Shown: piece by piece, positions 7,279 through 15,095 of the stretch
How the letters are laid out: every line of letters starts with the position of its first letter
How positions within the stretch are numbered: the stretch's first letter is position 1
IMG/VR virus record: IMGVR_UViG_3300043103_000105
Location: 1-32,382 of that record
Length of the DNA stretch: 32,382 bases
DNA from: a virus
Lineage: Duplodnaviria; Caudoviricetes
Reading direction: 5' to 3' (one strand)
Translations under genes and position numbers: made by a program
The notes under the pieces: model-generated
The model's database searches: none
What the model was told of the DNA's origin: nothing
The model's input: only the letters and a program-made list of their open reading frames with translations

Positions 7279-9409
7279 CTTTCTCCATGCACAAGAAGCT
7301 TATCAAACAGGTCGCTTCGATGGTGTTGGCTTTGTCTTTGACGGCAGTGACGGCATCATGGGCATTGACTTGGACGACTGCATGGATGCCGTTCAGGGTC
7401 CAGCGTCTCTTACGCCTGAAGCGCAGGCCATTAAAGACGCAGTCTTGGGATACGCAGAGGTAAGCCCCTCAGGCACCGGCATCAAAATCTTCACACGCGC
7501 GCAGTTAAACGCCGCGCACGTAGACCACGAGAAGGGGCTCGAGATATACCCCAAGGGCCGTTACTTCACGGTGACCGGCCACACCCTTGGCGGCTCGGTG
7601 CCGGACCAAGAGCAGGACCTACAGCACATCGTGCCCGCCCGCCGCAGTTACCGCTCGGGTGACTCGTTTGCGGACTACAGCCCGCCGCTTGACGGTTGGG
7701 ACTTGGCCCGCGTTGAGACCGACCTGCTCACACTGCTTGACCCTGAATGTGGGTACACAGACTGGTTGGCCGTGGGCATGGCCCTGCACCACCAGTTTGG
7801 CGGCGACTACGAGGCGCTTGAGTTGTGGGACCGTTGGTCTGACAACGACGGCGCGTGCGGGTCGTACGCGGCAGGACACTGTGCGGCCAAGTGGGACAGC
7901 TTTGGCGGCACTGGGGGCACGACACTGCGCTCACTGGTGTTCAAGGTCAACAAGGCCAAGGAGGCCGCGGTGGTGGCCAACGGCGAGAAGGTGCTCACAG
8001 GCGGGCCACTGAACCACGCCAAAGAGTTCTTGGCGAGCCAGTTCACGTGCGAGGAAGGCACGTCACTCACAACGTACGCGGGTGACATGTTCCAGTACAA
8101 GGGCACGCACTACCAAGACATTGAAGAGGCCACGGTGCGCTCCATGCTGTACACGTTCTTGGACCGTTGCAAGAAGTACGACAAGAAGCAGAACCTGATG
8201 CCGTTCAACCCAACACCTGCGCATGTGTCGTCGATCCTAGACGCGGTGCACGCGGTGACCCACCTGCCCAACACGGCCAACACCAAGCCGCCGGTGTGGC
8301 TTGAGGGGTACGGCAAGGACAGGCCAGAGCCGAGCAAGTTGGTCTCGCTTGAGAACGGTATTTTTCACACCGAGCAGAACGTGTTGATCCCACACAGCTT
8401 GGGGTTTTTCACGCAGAACAGTTTGCCGTTTGCATACGACCCCAACGCGACGTGCCCGACGTGGGAGAAGTTCTTGCAAGACATTTGGCACGACGACCCA
8501 CAGAGCATTGACTGCCTGCAGGAGATGTTCGGGTACATTCTGAGCGGTGACTCGTCACAGCAGAAGTTTTTCAACATCATTGGCCCACGCCGATCCGGCA
8601 AGGGAACGATCAACAAGGTGCTCGTGAGCCTCTTGGGGCAACACAACACGGTGGCGCCACAACTGGATGAGTTATGCGACACGTTCGGCCTACAGCCATG
8701 GCTTGGCAAGTTACTCGCCTCATTTACGGATGCCCGTGCTCCGGAAAGAAATCGTGGTGCAGTTGTCTCACAGCTCTTGAGGATTGTGGGCGGCGACACG
8801 GTGACGGTGAACCGCAAGAACAAGGAAGCTTGGAGCGGTTATTTGCCGACGCGTATCGTGATCTACTCGAACGAGGCCTTGCAGTTGACGGAAAACTCCA
8901 ACGCCTTGACGGGCAGGATGATTGTGCTAAAGATGAGCAATAGTTTCTATGGCAAAGAGGACACCATGTTGGCCGACAAGTTGGCCAAGGAGTTGCCTGC
9001 CATTTTCAACTGGGCCATTGCAGGACAACAGCGACGCGTGGCGCGAGAGGGCCAGAGGTTCGAGCAACCAACAACAGGGCGCGAGTTACTGGAGTTGATG
9101 GAGGAGTTGGGCAACCCGATTGGATCGTTCGTGACAGACGCGTTGGTGTACGACCTAGAAGCAAAGGCGATGAAGGATGACGTGTTCGTGTGTTGGCGCA
9201 AGTGGGCCACCGCTAAGAACATACCGCCCGGAACTGACATGGCGTTCAAGCGCAGGTTTCTTGCGGCAACGCAGGACCACCGCGTGACAGCGGCAAGGGT
9301 GCGAATTGACGGCGAGTCGGCCAACGTGTACCTTGGCATCAGGCTCAACCCGAAGGCACAGAAGTACGTGGACAGTATCAGCAACTTTGAACGCGAGGAC
9401 ATATTTTGA
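7094..9409 (+). CDS. Primase-helicase (AEP primase-polymerase + PriCT-2 + D5-like SF3 helicase)
   Basis: GVGFVF...GIDLDDC, EVSPSGTG, LEIY...RYFTVTG; YTDWLAVGMALH...WDRWS...KWDSF; Walker A GPRRSGKGT. Confidence 0.93.
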   Translation: MNKPTVLEVQFENIPISLKKISRWVLWRLVEVGEGSNKRWSKLPLQSNGSSASSTNPTTWCDFLHAQEAYQTGRFDGVGFVFDGSDGIMGIDLDDCMDAVQGPASLTPEAQAIKDAVLGYAEVSPSGTGIKIFTRAQLNAAHVDHEKGLEIYPKGRYFTVTGHTLGGSVPDQEQDLQHIVPARRSYRSGDSFADYSPPLDGWDLARVETDLLTLLDPECGYTDWLAVGMALHHQFGGDYEALELWDRWSDNDGACGSYAAGHCAAKWDSFGGTGGTTLRSLVFKVNKAKEAAVVANGEKVLTGGPLNHAKEFLASQFTCEEGTSLTTYAGDMFQYKGTHYQDIEEATVRSMLYTFLDRCKKYDKKQNLMPFNPTPAHVSSILDAVHAVTHLPNTANTKPPVWLEGYGKDRPEPSKLVSLENGIFHTEQNVLIPHSLGFFTQNSLPFAYDPNATCPTWEKFLQDIWHDDPQSIDCLQEMFGYILSGDSSQQKFFNIIGPRRSGKGTINKVLVSLLGQHNTVAPQLDELCDTFGLQPWLGKLLASFTDARAPERNRGAVVSQLLRIVGGDTVTVNRKNKEAWSGYLPTRIVIYSNEALQLTENSNALTGRMIVLKMSNSFYGKEDTMLADKLAKELPAIFNWAIAGQQRRVAREGQRFEQPTTGRELLELMEELGNPIGSFVTDALVYDLEAKAMKDDVFVCWRKWATAKNIPPGTDMAFKRRFLAATQDHRVTAARVRIDGESANVYLGIRLNPKAQKYVDSISNFEREDIF

Positions 9410-10059
9410 GCGATACATATTTTCATGTGGATGTCGGTTTCTATCCAGTGCCTGTAAAGATGTGCTTTACACCAAAAGCGTTTTACAAGGTATTGAAGGA
9501 TCATGGGATCACAGCGCAACCAGAGATGGCACCGCTTGAGTTGGGCATCGCGGAGACACACAGCTTTTCTTCAACCAAGGAAGCGATTGTCGTCGTGGTG
9601 TTTAGTTTGGCGGAGTGCATTGACAACGCGGCCCTGTTGGCCAGTGTGGTGGCCCACGAGGCCACACACGTAATTGCTCGGGTACTTGACCATATTGGCG
9701 AAGACGAGGAGGACTTTGGCGAAGAGACGCGGGCGTACCTGACCGAGTGGTTGGTGCGTCAAATGTTCACGGCTTGTTTAGTGGAGGTTGGCAAAATTGC
9801 AAGACGAAAAGAAAATCGAGCAAAGGCTGGTCAAAAAGGTCAAGGAGAAGGGGGGCCTGTGCCTGAAGTGGGTAAGCCCGTCGACGACGGGGGTGCCGGA
9901 CAGGCTAGTGTTCCACAACAGCAAGGTGATCCCAGTGGAGTTGAAAGACCCAAAAGGAAAACTAAGCGCAAGGCAGGAGTTGATGATCAAGGAGTTGCAA
10001 GCAAGGGGAGTGCAGACGCACGTCCTGTCAAGCGAACAACAGGTCGACGAATTTGTTAA
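9406..10059 (+). CDS. HExxH zincin-like protein with a long C-terminal tail overlapping VRR-NUC
   Basis: TTGA coupling to the primase stop; GAGG SD; VVAHEATH...EETRAYL. Confidence 0.65.
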   Translation: MSDTYFHVDVGFYPVPVKMCFTPKAFYKVLKDHGITAQPEMAPLELGIAETHSFSSTKEAIVVVVFSLAECIDNAALLASVVAHEATHVIARVLDHIGEDEEDFGEETRAYLTEWLVRQMFTACLVEVGKIARRKENRAKAGQKGQGEGGPVPEVGKPVDDGGAGQASVPQQQGDPSGVERPKRKTKRKAGVDDQGVASKGSADARPVKRTTGRRIC

Positions 10060-10069
10060 CAGCTTATGA
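9797..10069 (+). CDS. VRR-NUC domain nuclease (Holliday junction resolvase-like)
   Basis: EKKIEQRL...GGLCLKWVSP...GVPDRL...VELK.P.GKLS..Q. GGAGG at 9783-9787 fits TTG 9797 better than TTG 9788. Confidence 0.9.
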   Translation: MQDEKKIEQRLVKKVKEKGGLCLKWVSPSTTGVPDRLVFHNSKVIPVELKDPKGKLSARQELMIKELQARGVQTHVLSSEQQVDEFVNSL

Positions 10070-10548
10070 CCGACGACGAAGTTCATGAAGCCAAAAAGCG
10101 CAACCACATTGCTAAAACAATGTATAACGTTAAACGGCGCGCCCTTGCCGCAGGGATTCCATTTGAGTTGGATCACAACTACCTGTGTGCAATCGCGCCT
10201 GAATACTGCCCAGTGTTTAAGACCAAGATCCTTTGGGGGTTTGGACACTCAGGCACTGTGGGGGTTAGCGGCCCAGACTCACCAAGCTTGGACCGAATTA
10301 TTCCAGAAAAAGGATACGTGAAAGGCAACGTAGCATGGTTAAGCAACAAAGCAAACATGATCAAGTCCAACGCAACACAAGAGGAGCTATACAAGGTTGC
10401 GGACTGGACACACGAAAAAATAAAGGAGGTAAATAATGGAGGTGCACGACCGCCCCCACTTGGCGACCCTGCAAATACCTATGTCACTCGCCCCACGCGC
10501 TATCGCATTATTAACGACGTTACAGCAAGGGAAAGAGCAGGCTACTGA
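10066..10548 (+). CDS. HNH-like (His-Me finger) endonuclease family protein
   Basis: CPVF...SPSLDRIIPEKGYVKGNVAWLSNKANMIK. Confidence 0.7.
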   Translation: MTDDEVHEAKKRNHIAKTMYNVKRRALAAGIPFELDHNYLCAIAPEYCPVFKTKILWGFGHSGTVGVSGPDSPSLDRIIPEKGYVKGNVAWLSNKANMIKSNATQEELYKVADWTHEKIKEVNNGGARPPPLGDPANTYVTRPTRYRIINDVTARERAGY

Positions 10549-11885
10549 TGTTGTCATTAAAAAATTTACACCCCTACCAACAGCGACTGGTGCAAGAGAG
10601 CAAGACTCAACAGCACATGGGACTGCTGATGGACATGGGACTGGGCAAGACGATCACGGCGCTAACAATACTCAGCCAACTTGAGGGCAAGACGCTGATC
10701 ATTGGACCAAAGGCAGTCATTAAAAACGTTTGGAAACAAGAGGCACAAAATTGGACGCACACAGAAAAGATGACTTTTGCCCTCATTGTGGGAAGTCCAC
10801 AAGAGAGGGTGAAAGCGTTGCAGAGCAATTCGGACGTGTATTTGATCAATGTCGAGAACGTGGTCTGGCTGTTCGAGCAAGCCTCATTGCCGCGTTGGAA
10901 GACATTAGTGATCGACGAATCGAGCAGGTTCAAAAACCCGTCGTCCAAACGTTGGAAGATGCTGAAAGGGCATTTGAAGAATTTCGAGCATCGGTACATC
11001 CTGACGGGTACACCAACACCAAAGTCGTACCTAGATTTGTGGACCCAAGTAGGCATTTTGGATTTGGGCCAACGACTCGGGAAATCGATGACTTCATACA
11101 AGGAGAAGTTCTTCGAGCCCGAGACAAGAGATCGTAGAACCGGCATGGTGTGGAGTTGGAAGTTGCGACCCAACGCCAAGGAACAGATCGACGCCCTGAT
11201 CGGGGACATTTGCGTGTCCCTGCGCAAGGAGGACTACCTGACCATGCCACAGCGGCAGGACATTGTGCACACCATCGAGTGGGAGAAGGCGGCCAAACAG
11301 GCCTACAACACCATGCGCAAAGAGATGGTGGTGGAGGTGGAGCAGGAGACGCTGACCGCGGCCAGTGCCGGCGTGCTCACGGGCAAGCTGTTGCAAATGA
11401 CCGCGGGGTCCATCTACTCAGAGACCAAGCAGGTGATTGACATTCACGACACCAAACTGGAGTACCTGACCGACATGTTGGACAACACGCCGACCATTGT
11501 GTTCTATAACTTCAAACACAGTTTAAAACGGCTACAAGCCGCGATTCCTGAGGCGGTGCTACTTGACCCTGACGACGGCCAAACAATCGCCCTATGGCGC
11601 TCTGGTAAGGTCCCAGTGCTACTTTGCCACCCTAAAAGCGTGGGCATCGGCCTGAACCTGCAGTGCAACGTGGGAGACACGGCGCAGATCGTTTGGTTCG
11701 ACCTGCCATGGTCCAGTGAAGACTACCTACAAGCCAACGCGCGCCTGTTCCGGCAGGGGCAAGAAAAGCCTGTGATTATTCATCACCTGACCATGCAAAA
11801 AAGTATTGACAGTCAGGTCATGGATGTGCTAGAAGGAAAGATCGACATGCAAAACGCGTTAATGAACGCCCTCAAACTACAATGA
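10548..11885 (+). CDS. SNF2-family (SF2) DNA helicase
   Basis: DMGLGKT, VIDESS, LTGTP, GIGLNLQ, QANARLFRQGQ. Confidence 0.95.
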   Translation: MLSLKNLHPYQQRLVQESKTQQHMGLLMDMGLGKTITALTILSQLEGKTLIIGPKAVIKNVWKQEAQNWTHTEKMTFALIVGSPQERVKALQSNSDVYLINVENVVWLFEQASLPRWKTLVIDESSRFKNPSSKRWKMLKGHLKNFEHRYILTGTPTPKSYLDLWTQVGILDLGQRLGKSMTSYKEKFFEPETRDRRTGMVWSWKLRPNAKEQIDALIGDICVSLRKEDYLTMPQRQDIVHTIEWEKAAKQAYNTMRKEMVVEVEQETLTAASAGVLTGKLLQMTAGSIYSETKQVIDIHDTKLEYLTDMLDNTPTIVFYNFKHSLKRLQAAIPEAVLLDPDDGQTIALWRSGKVPVLLCHPKSVGIGLNLQCNVGDTAQIVWFDLPWSSEDYLQANARLFRQGQEKPVIIHHLTMQKSIDSQVMDVLEGKIDMQNALMNALKLQ

Positions 11886-12178
11886 TTAAATTCAACGCCA
11901 CCATTCGCAGGCTTTCAGACGAAGAGCCGGATCCTATTGAACACGAGGATTCGTCCTCAGAGCCTACGATGAACGGCACGGGTTGGGCGCCATGGGACGC
12001 CGACACCATACAGGACGTGTACAACGTGGTTTCCGAGAAGTTAACCCCTAAACAAAGGGAAATCATTGAGGCGCACCTGTCTGGGTATAACTACCACGAT
12101 TTAGCGGTGACAGAAAAGTATTGGAGATACAATTTTGCAATGGCTGTAGCCAAAATACGAAAAGAATTAAAACTTTAG
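11882..12178 (+). CDS. Small protein resembling sigma-70 region 4 (degenerate HTH)
   Basis: KLTPKQREII...GYNYHDL...AVAKIRKEL resembles LtprEreVi...G.t..Ei...Al.KLR; acidic N-terminus. Confidence 0.55.
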   Translation: MIKFNATIRRLSDEEPDPIEHEDSSSEPTMNGTGWAPWDADTIQDVYNVVSEKLTPKQREIIEAHLSGYNYHDLAVTEKYWRYNFAMAVAKIRKELKL

Positions 12179-12198
12179 GTAGGGTTTTTTTCAAAACA

Positions 12199-12217
12199 TG
12201 GGTAATTAGATATAAGA
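12199..12217 (+). promoter_or_regulatory. Putative phage promoter motif, copy 1 (TGGGTAATTagaTATAAGA)
   Basis: Matches the copies at 13393 and 29576; intergenic, upstream of the endonuclease. Confidence 0.65.
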
Positions 12218-12296
12218 GGGAAAAGGATGGCCATCCCTGCTTTAGTGCCTGAATCACTAAGCTACCTCGATCTTTTAGCTATTCAGGAGCACATCT

Positions 12297-12776
12297 ATGA
12301 AAACCTGCACTAAGTGCGGCGTCACAAAACCATTATTTGAATTTTACAAAACAAGACCAACACAATGTAAGAAATGTTGTAAATTTCAAAGAATAAAAAA
12401 TTCAGCACAAAAAAGCGAATACGATCGGAAAAGATATGCTGAAAAAGCAGATCAAATTAAACAATATCAAAAAAAATATAAAGCTGAAAATCCAGATAGG
12501 AAAAAACAAACACAAAATAAAACTCATTTAAAAATGAGATACGGGTTGACTCCACATGACAAACAAAAAATGTTGGACGAACAAAACAACTGTTGCGCAA
12601 TTTGTGGTGTAGAGTTTGTTGATGCAAAAGCTACGCATGTTGATCATAATCATGATACAAACAAAGTAAGAGGAATTCTTTGTAGAAGTTGTAATATAGG
12701 TTTAGGACATTTTAAAGATTCAACGGAGTTTCTTTTAGAAGCTATCGAATATTTAAAAAAATACGAAAGGAGTTAA
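12297..12776 (+). CDS. Endonuclease VII-family (HNH) homing endonuclease
   Basis: N-terminal CxxC...CxxC; RYGLT...QNNCCAIC...HVDHNH...VRGILCRSCNIGLG.FKD; AGGAG SD. Confidence 0.9.
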   Translation: MKTCTKCGVTKPLFEFYKTRPTQCKKCCKFQRIKNSAQKSEYDRKRYAEKADQIKQYQKKYKAENPDRKKQTQNKTHLKMRYGLTPHDKQKMLDEQNNCCAICGVEFVDAKATHVDHNHDTNKVRGILCRSCNIGLGHFKDSTEFLLEAIEYLKKYERS

Positions 12777-12780
12777 AATT

Positions 12781-12975
12781 GTGAACGGATACATAGTGGA
12801 GTACGTGCACCATGGATGGCCCACCATAGACATCCAGATGGACGCCAAACACCCCATGTTTGAGAAAGATCAAGACGTGCTGTCAATCTGGCACTTTGAG
12901 AGCGAAGACGAGCGGGATTTCATACTTCGGGACTTGCGTAAGTTCCGCGAACAACAAAAGAAAGGTTTAGCATAA
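12781..12975 (+). CDS. Hypothetical protein
   Basis: AAGGAG SD 8 nt before GTG; TAATG coupling downstream. Confidence 0.7.
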   Translation: MNGYIVEYVHHGWPTIDIQMDAKHPMFEKDQDVLSIWHFESEDERDFILRDLRKFREQQKKGLA

Positions 12976-13205
12976 TGGATCGTGAATTATCTTTCGGAGA
13001 AAAGGCAGTTGGGTTGACATTCAATCCTAGCAATTCACATGAGGTTGACAAATGCAAACAAGAGTTTGCCGCAGTCATTGACCGCATGAATTACCTGCGA
13101 AATCTTACAGACAACGCGGAAGTCAAGCGTATGGCCAGTGTGGCCATTACAGAGGCACAAACGGCCCAAATGTGGGCCGTAAAAGCAATCACTTGGAAAG
13201 GCTAA
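12975..13205 (+). CDS. Acb2/Tad1-like helical hairpin protein (candidate immune-signal sponge)
   Basis: C-terminal KRMASVAITEAQTAQMWAVKAITW resembles the R..s.A.T.le.a.MW hairpin of this group. Confidence 0.5.
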   Translation: MDRELSFGEKAVGLTFNPSNSHEVDKCKQEFAAVIDRMNYLRNLTDNAEVKRMASVAITEAQTAQMWAVKAITWKG

Positions 13206-13207
13206 TT

Positions 13208-13399
13208 ATGGCAAACGAAGCAACAAATTTAATGGCATCTTTGGGCGTAAAACCAAAAGAGCAACGCATTCAGGAAATGGCCGGAGCGGTGACGCGATTG
13301 ATCATTAACGACGCGTTGCGTGAGGCAAAGGCCCGTGCGCAGGTGCGAGACTCAAATACTCAGGTGCAGAAGGTCGAAAAACCGAGCCAAAATGGGTAA
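13208..13399 (+). CDS. Hypothetical protein (MANEATNL...)
   Basis: ATG 13208, 2 nt after the previous stop; AAGG SD. Confidence 0.6.
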   Translation: MANEATNLMASLGVKPKEQRIQEMAGAVTRLIINDALREAKARAQVRDSNTQVQKVEKPSQNG

Positions 13400-13412
13400 T
13401 TCTATATAGGAA
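13393..13412 (+). promoter_or_regulatory. Putative phage promoter motif, copy 2 (TGGGTAATTctaTATAGGAA)
   Basis: 19/20 identical to the copy at 29557-29576. Upstream of the terminase small subunit-like gene and followed by hairpin AAGGCCT-tttt-AGGCCTT (13412-13429). Confidence 0.75.
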
Positions 13413-13446
13413 AGGCCTTTTTAGGCCTTGAATATAAGGTAACACC

Positions 13447-13836
13447 ATGGCAACCAAATCCAAATACGAGTTCAAACCGGAGATGTGCGACCAACTGATA
13501 GAGTTGGGCAAGGTAGGCGCGTCCCAAAAAATGATGTTTGCAAGCATCGGAATCAGTTCCGGCGCGGCGCAGACGTTTAAGAAAAACCACCCAGAGTTTG
13601 CGGAAGCACTGGACATGGCCATCACCCACTCACAGGCGTACTGGGAAACCCAGTTGCTTGCCAACGTGGAGAACAAGGCCTTTAACAGCAGGGTGGCTGA
13701 GATCGCATTGAGAGGACAGTTTCCCTCGGACTATCGTGACGACAAGAGCAACAAGCTTGAAGTCAAGGCGGACGTCGTGTTGGATTTTTCTGGTGCAGTT
13801 ACCGACCTAATTACGGCGCTCAAAAAAGCGGCGTAA
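13447..13836 (+). CDS. Terminase small subunit-like HTH protein
   Basis: KYEFKPEMCDQLIEL...G.S...IGIS...HPEFAEAL...QAYWE, typical of small terminase N-terminal HTH domains; TAAGGT SD. Confidence 0.65.
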   Translation: MATKSKYEFKPEMCDQLIELGKVGASQKMMFASIGISSGAAQTFKKNHPEFAEALDMAITHSQAYWETQLLANVENKAFNSRVAEIALRGQFPSDYRDDKSNKLEVKADVVLDFSGAVTDLITALKKAA

Positions 13837-13841
13837 CAAAC

Positions 13842-13869
13842 TGTCGGCACTTAGCAATAAGTTCCGACA
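13842..13869 (+). other. RNA hairpin with GCAA tetraloop upstream of a terminator
   Basis: TGTCGG-c-ACTTA gcaa TAAGT-t-CCGACA. Confidence 0.7.
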
Positions 13870-13875
13870 TTCCGT

Positions 13876-13897
13876 AAGCCCCTCTCGGGGCTTTTTT
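13876..13897 (+). terminator. Intrinsic terminator
   Basis: AAGCCCC-tctc-GGGGCTT running into a T6 tract. Confidence 0.8.
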
Positions 13898-13921
13898 CAC
13901 CTTTGCATAAAGGAGAGCATC

Positions 13922-15046
13922 ATCGCATCACATGCACTACTCAGCGCCTCAGGATCCAAACGGTGGATGTCATGTCCCCCGAGTGCGAGACTAGAGGCCG
14001 TACTCCCCGAACCTAAACGAAAATCAGGCGCGTTTGACTTCAGCCAAGAGGGCACCACAGCCCACACCATGGCAGAGGCGAAGCTTCGCCGGCATTTCGG
14101 GCAGATGACGGCCAAGGAGTACAACGAGGCCATTGCAGAGGTCAAGGCAACGCCCTACTATGACGAAGAGTTCGAGGCGCATGTAGACAACTACGTGCTC
14201 TACGTTCGTTCGCAGATTGGTGAGGGGGATACCCCTTACTTTGAGCAACGAGTGGACTTCAGCGAGTGGGTGCCTGACGGCTTCGGCACGGCAGACGTGG
14301 TTATTATGAGCGAGAACAAGGTTCGAGTAATCGACCTGAAATTCGGCAAGGGAGTTGCAGTGGACGCCGCGGACAACCCACAACTGAGGCTGTATGGCCT
14401 TGGCGGTTGGTACAAGTACAAGGACACCCACCCAAACATCACCCACGTCGAATACACGATCCACCAACCCCGCAAGGACAGCATCACCACTGAAACGGTG
14501 ACACTGGAGAGCTTGCAGGATTGGGCCGAGCATGTAGTCAAACCCAAAGCCAAAAAGGCATACGCCGGCCAAGGGGATTTTGTGGCAGGAGATCATTGTC
14601 AATTCTGTAGGGCCAAGTCACAGTGCCGAGCCCGTGCAGACTTTAACAATGTGGCCGCGGCGGCCGACTTCAAGGCGCCGGCACTCCTAGCAGACAGTGA
14701 GTTGGCAAAGGTACTCAAAGACGCGAGCAAGACACGCAAGTGGCTGTCCGATGTTGAAGATTACATGTTGACACAGGCTACGGACCATGGTATTGTTCCG
14801 ACAGGATACGAATTGGGGCAGTCAAGCACCAACCGTAAAATTGAGGCGCAAGAAGATGCGGCCAAAAAACTACAGAAAGCAGGATTTAGTGATATATTTA
14901 CTGAACCCAGTTTAAAATCTGTGGCACAATTGGAAAAACAGGTAGGCAAGGGAAACCTCCAAGAAATTCTTGGTGATCTGATTGTCAAGCCTGAAGGGGA
15001 GCCCAAGTTGGTTCCGTCGAAAGTGAAAGAAGAGTTTGGGTCTTGA
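13922..15046 (+). CDS. DUF2800 Cas4-like PD-(D/E)XK exonuclease, probable ATC start
   Basis: In-frame HALLSASGSKRWMSCPPS begins upstream of ATG 13967; EGTTAH, FEQRVDFS, GFGTAD, IDLKFGKG, NPQLRLY, HCQFCRAKSQC. Confidence 0.9.
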   Translation: MASHALLSASGSKRWMSCPPSARLEAVLPEPKRKSGAFDFSQEGTTAHTMAEAKLRRHFGQMTAKEYNEAIAEVKATPYYDEEFEAHVDNYVLYVRSQIGEGDTPYFEQRVDFSEWVPDGFGTADVVIMSENKVRVIDLKFGKGVAVDAADNPQLRLYGLGGWYKYKDTHPNITHVEYTIHQPRKDSITTETVTLESLQDWAEHVVKPKAKKAYAGQGDFVAGDHCQFCRAKSQCRARADFNNVAAAADFKAPALLADSELAKVLKDASKTRKWLSDVEDYMLTQATDHGIVPTGYELGQSSTNRKIEAQEDAAKKLQKAGFSDIFTEPSLKSVAQLEKQVGKGNLQEILGDLIVKPEGEPKLVPSKVKEEFGS

Positions 15047-15095
15047 GAGCCGCCTATTTTAAAGTGCTCTCGAATTAGTAAACAAGGAGGCCAAG

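Larger units (their letters stand above)
12152..12784 (+). mobile_element. Free-standing homing endonuclease cassette bounded by a recoded 27-nt duplication
   Basis: 12152-12178 and 12758-12784 both encode KIRKELKL-stop; the interval is markedly AT-rich. Confidence 0.75.

Noticed and set aside
12179-12780. Group I intron around the endonuclease
   Set aside because: Non-coding flanks are too short for a ribozyme core, and the upstream gene is already complete with its own stop.
13393-13412. T7-type RNA polymerase promoter (TATAGG ending)
   Set aside because: Similarity is limited to the last few bases, and no single-subunit RNAP is in the window while a sigma factor is; not excluded for the rest of the genome.
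13922-15046. CRISPR-associated cas4
   Set aside because: No array or other cas genes; the DUF2800-DUF2815-PolA context is a standard phage replication module.
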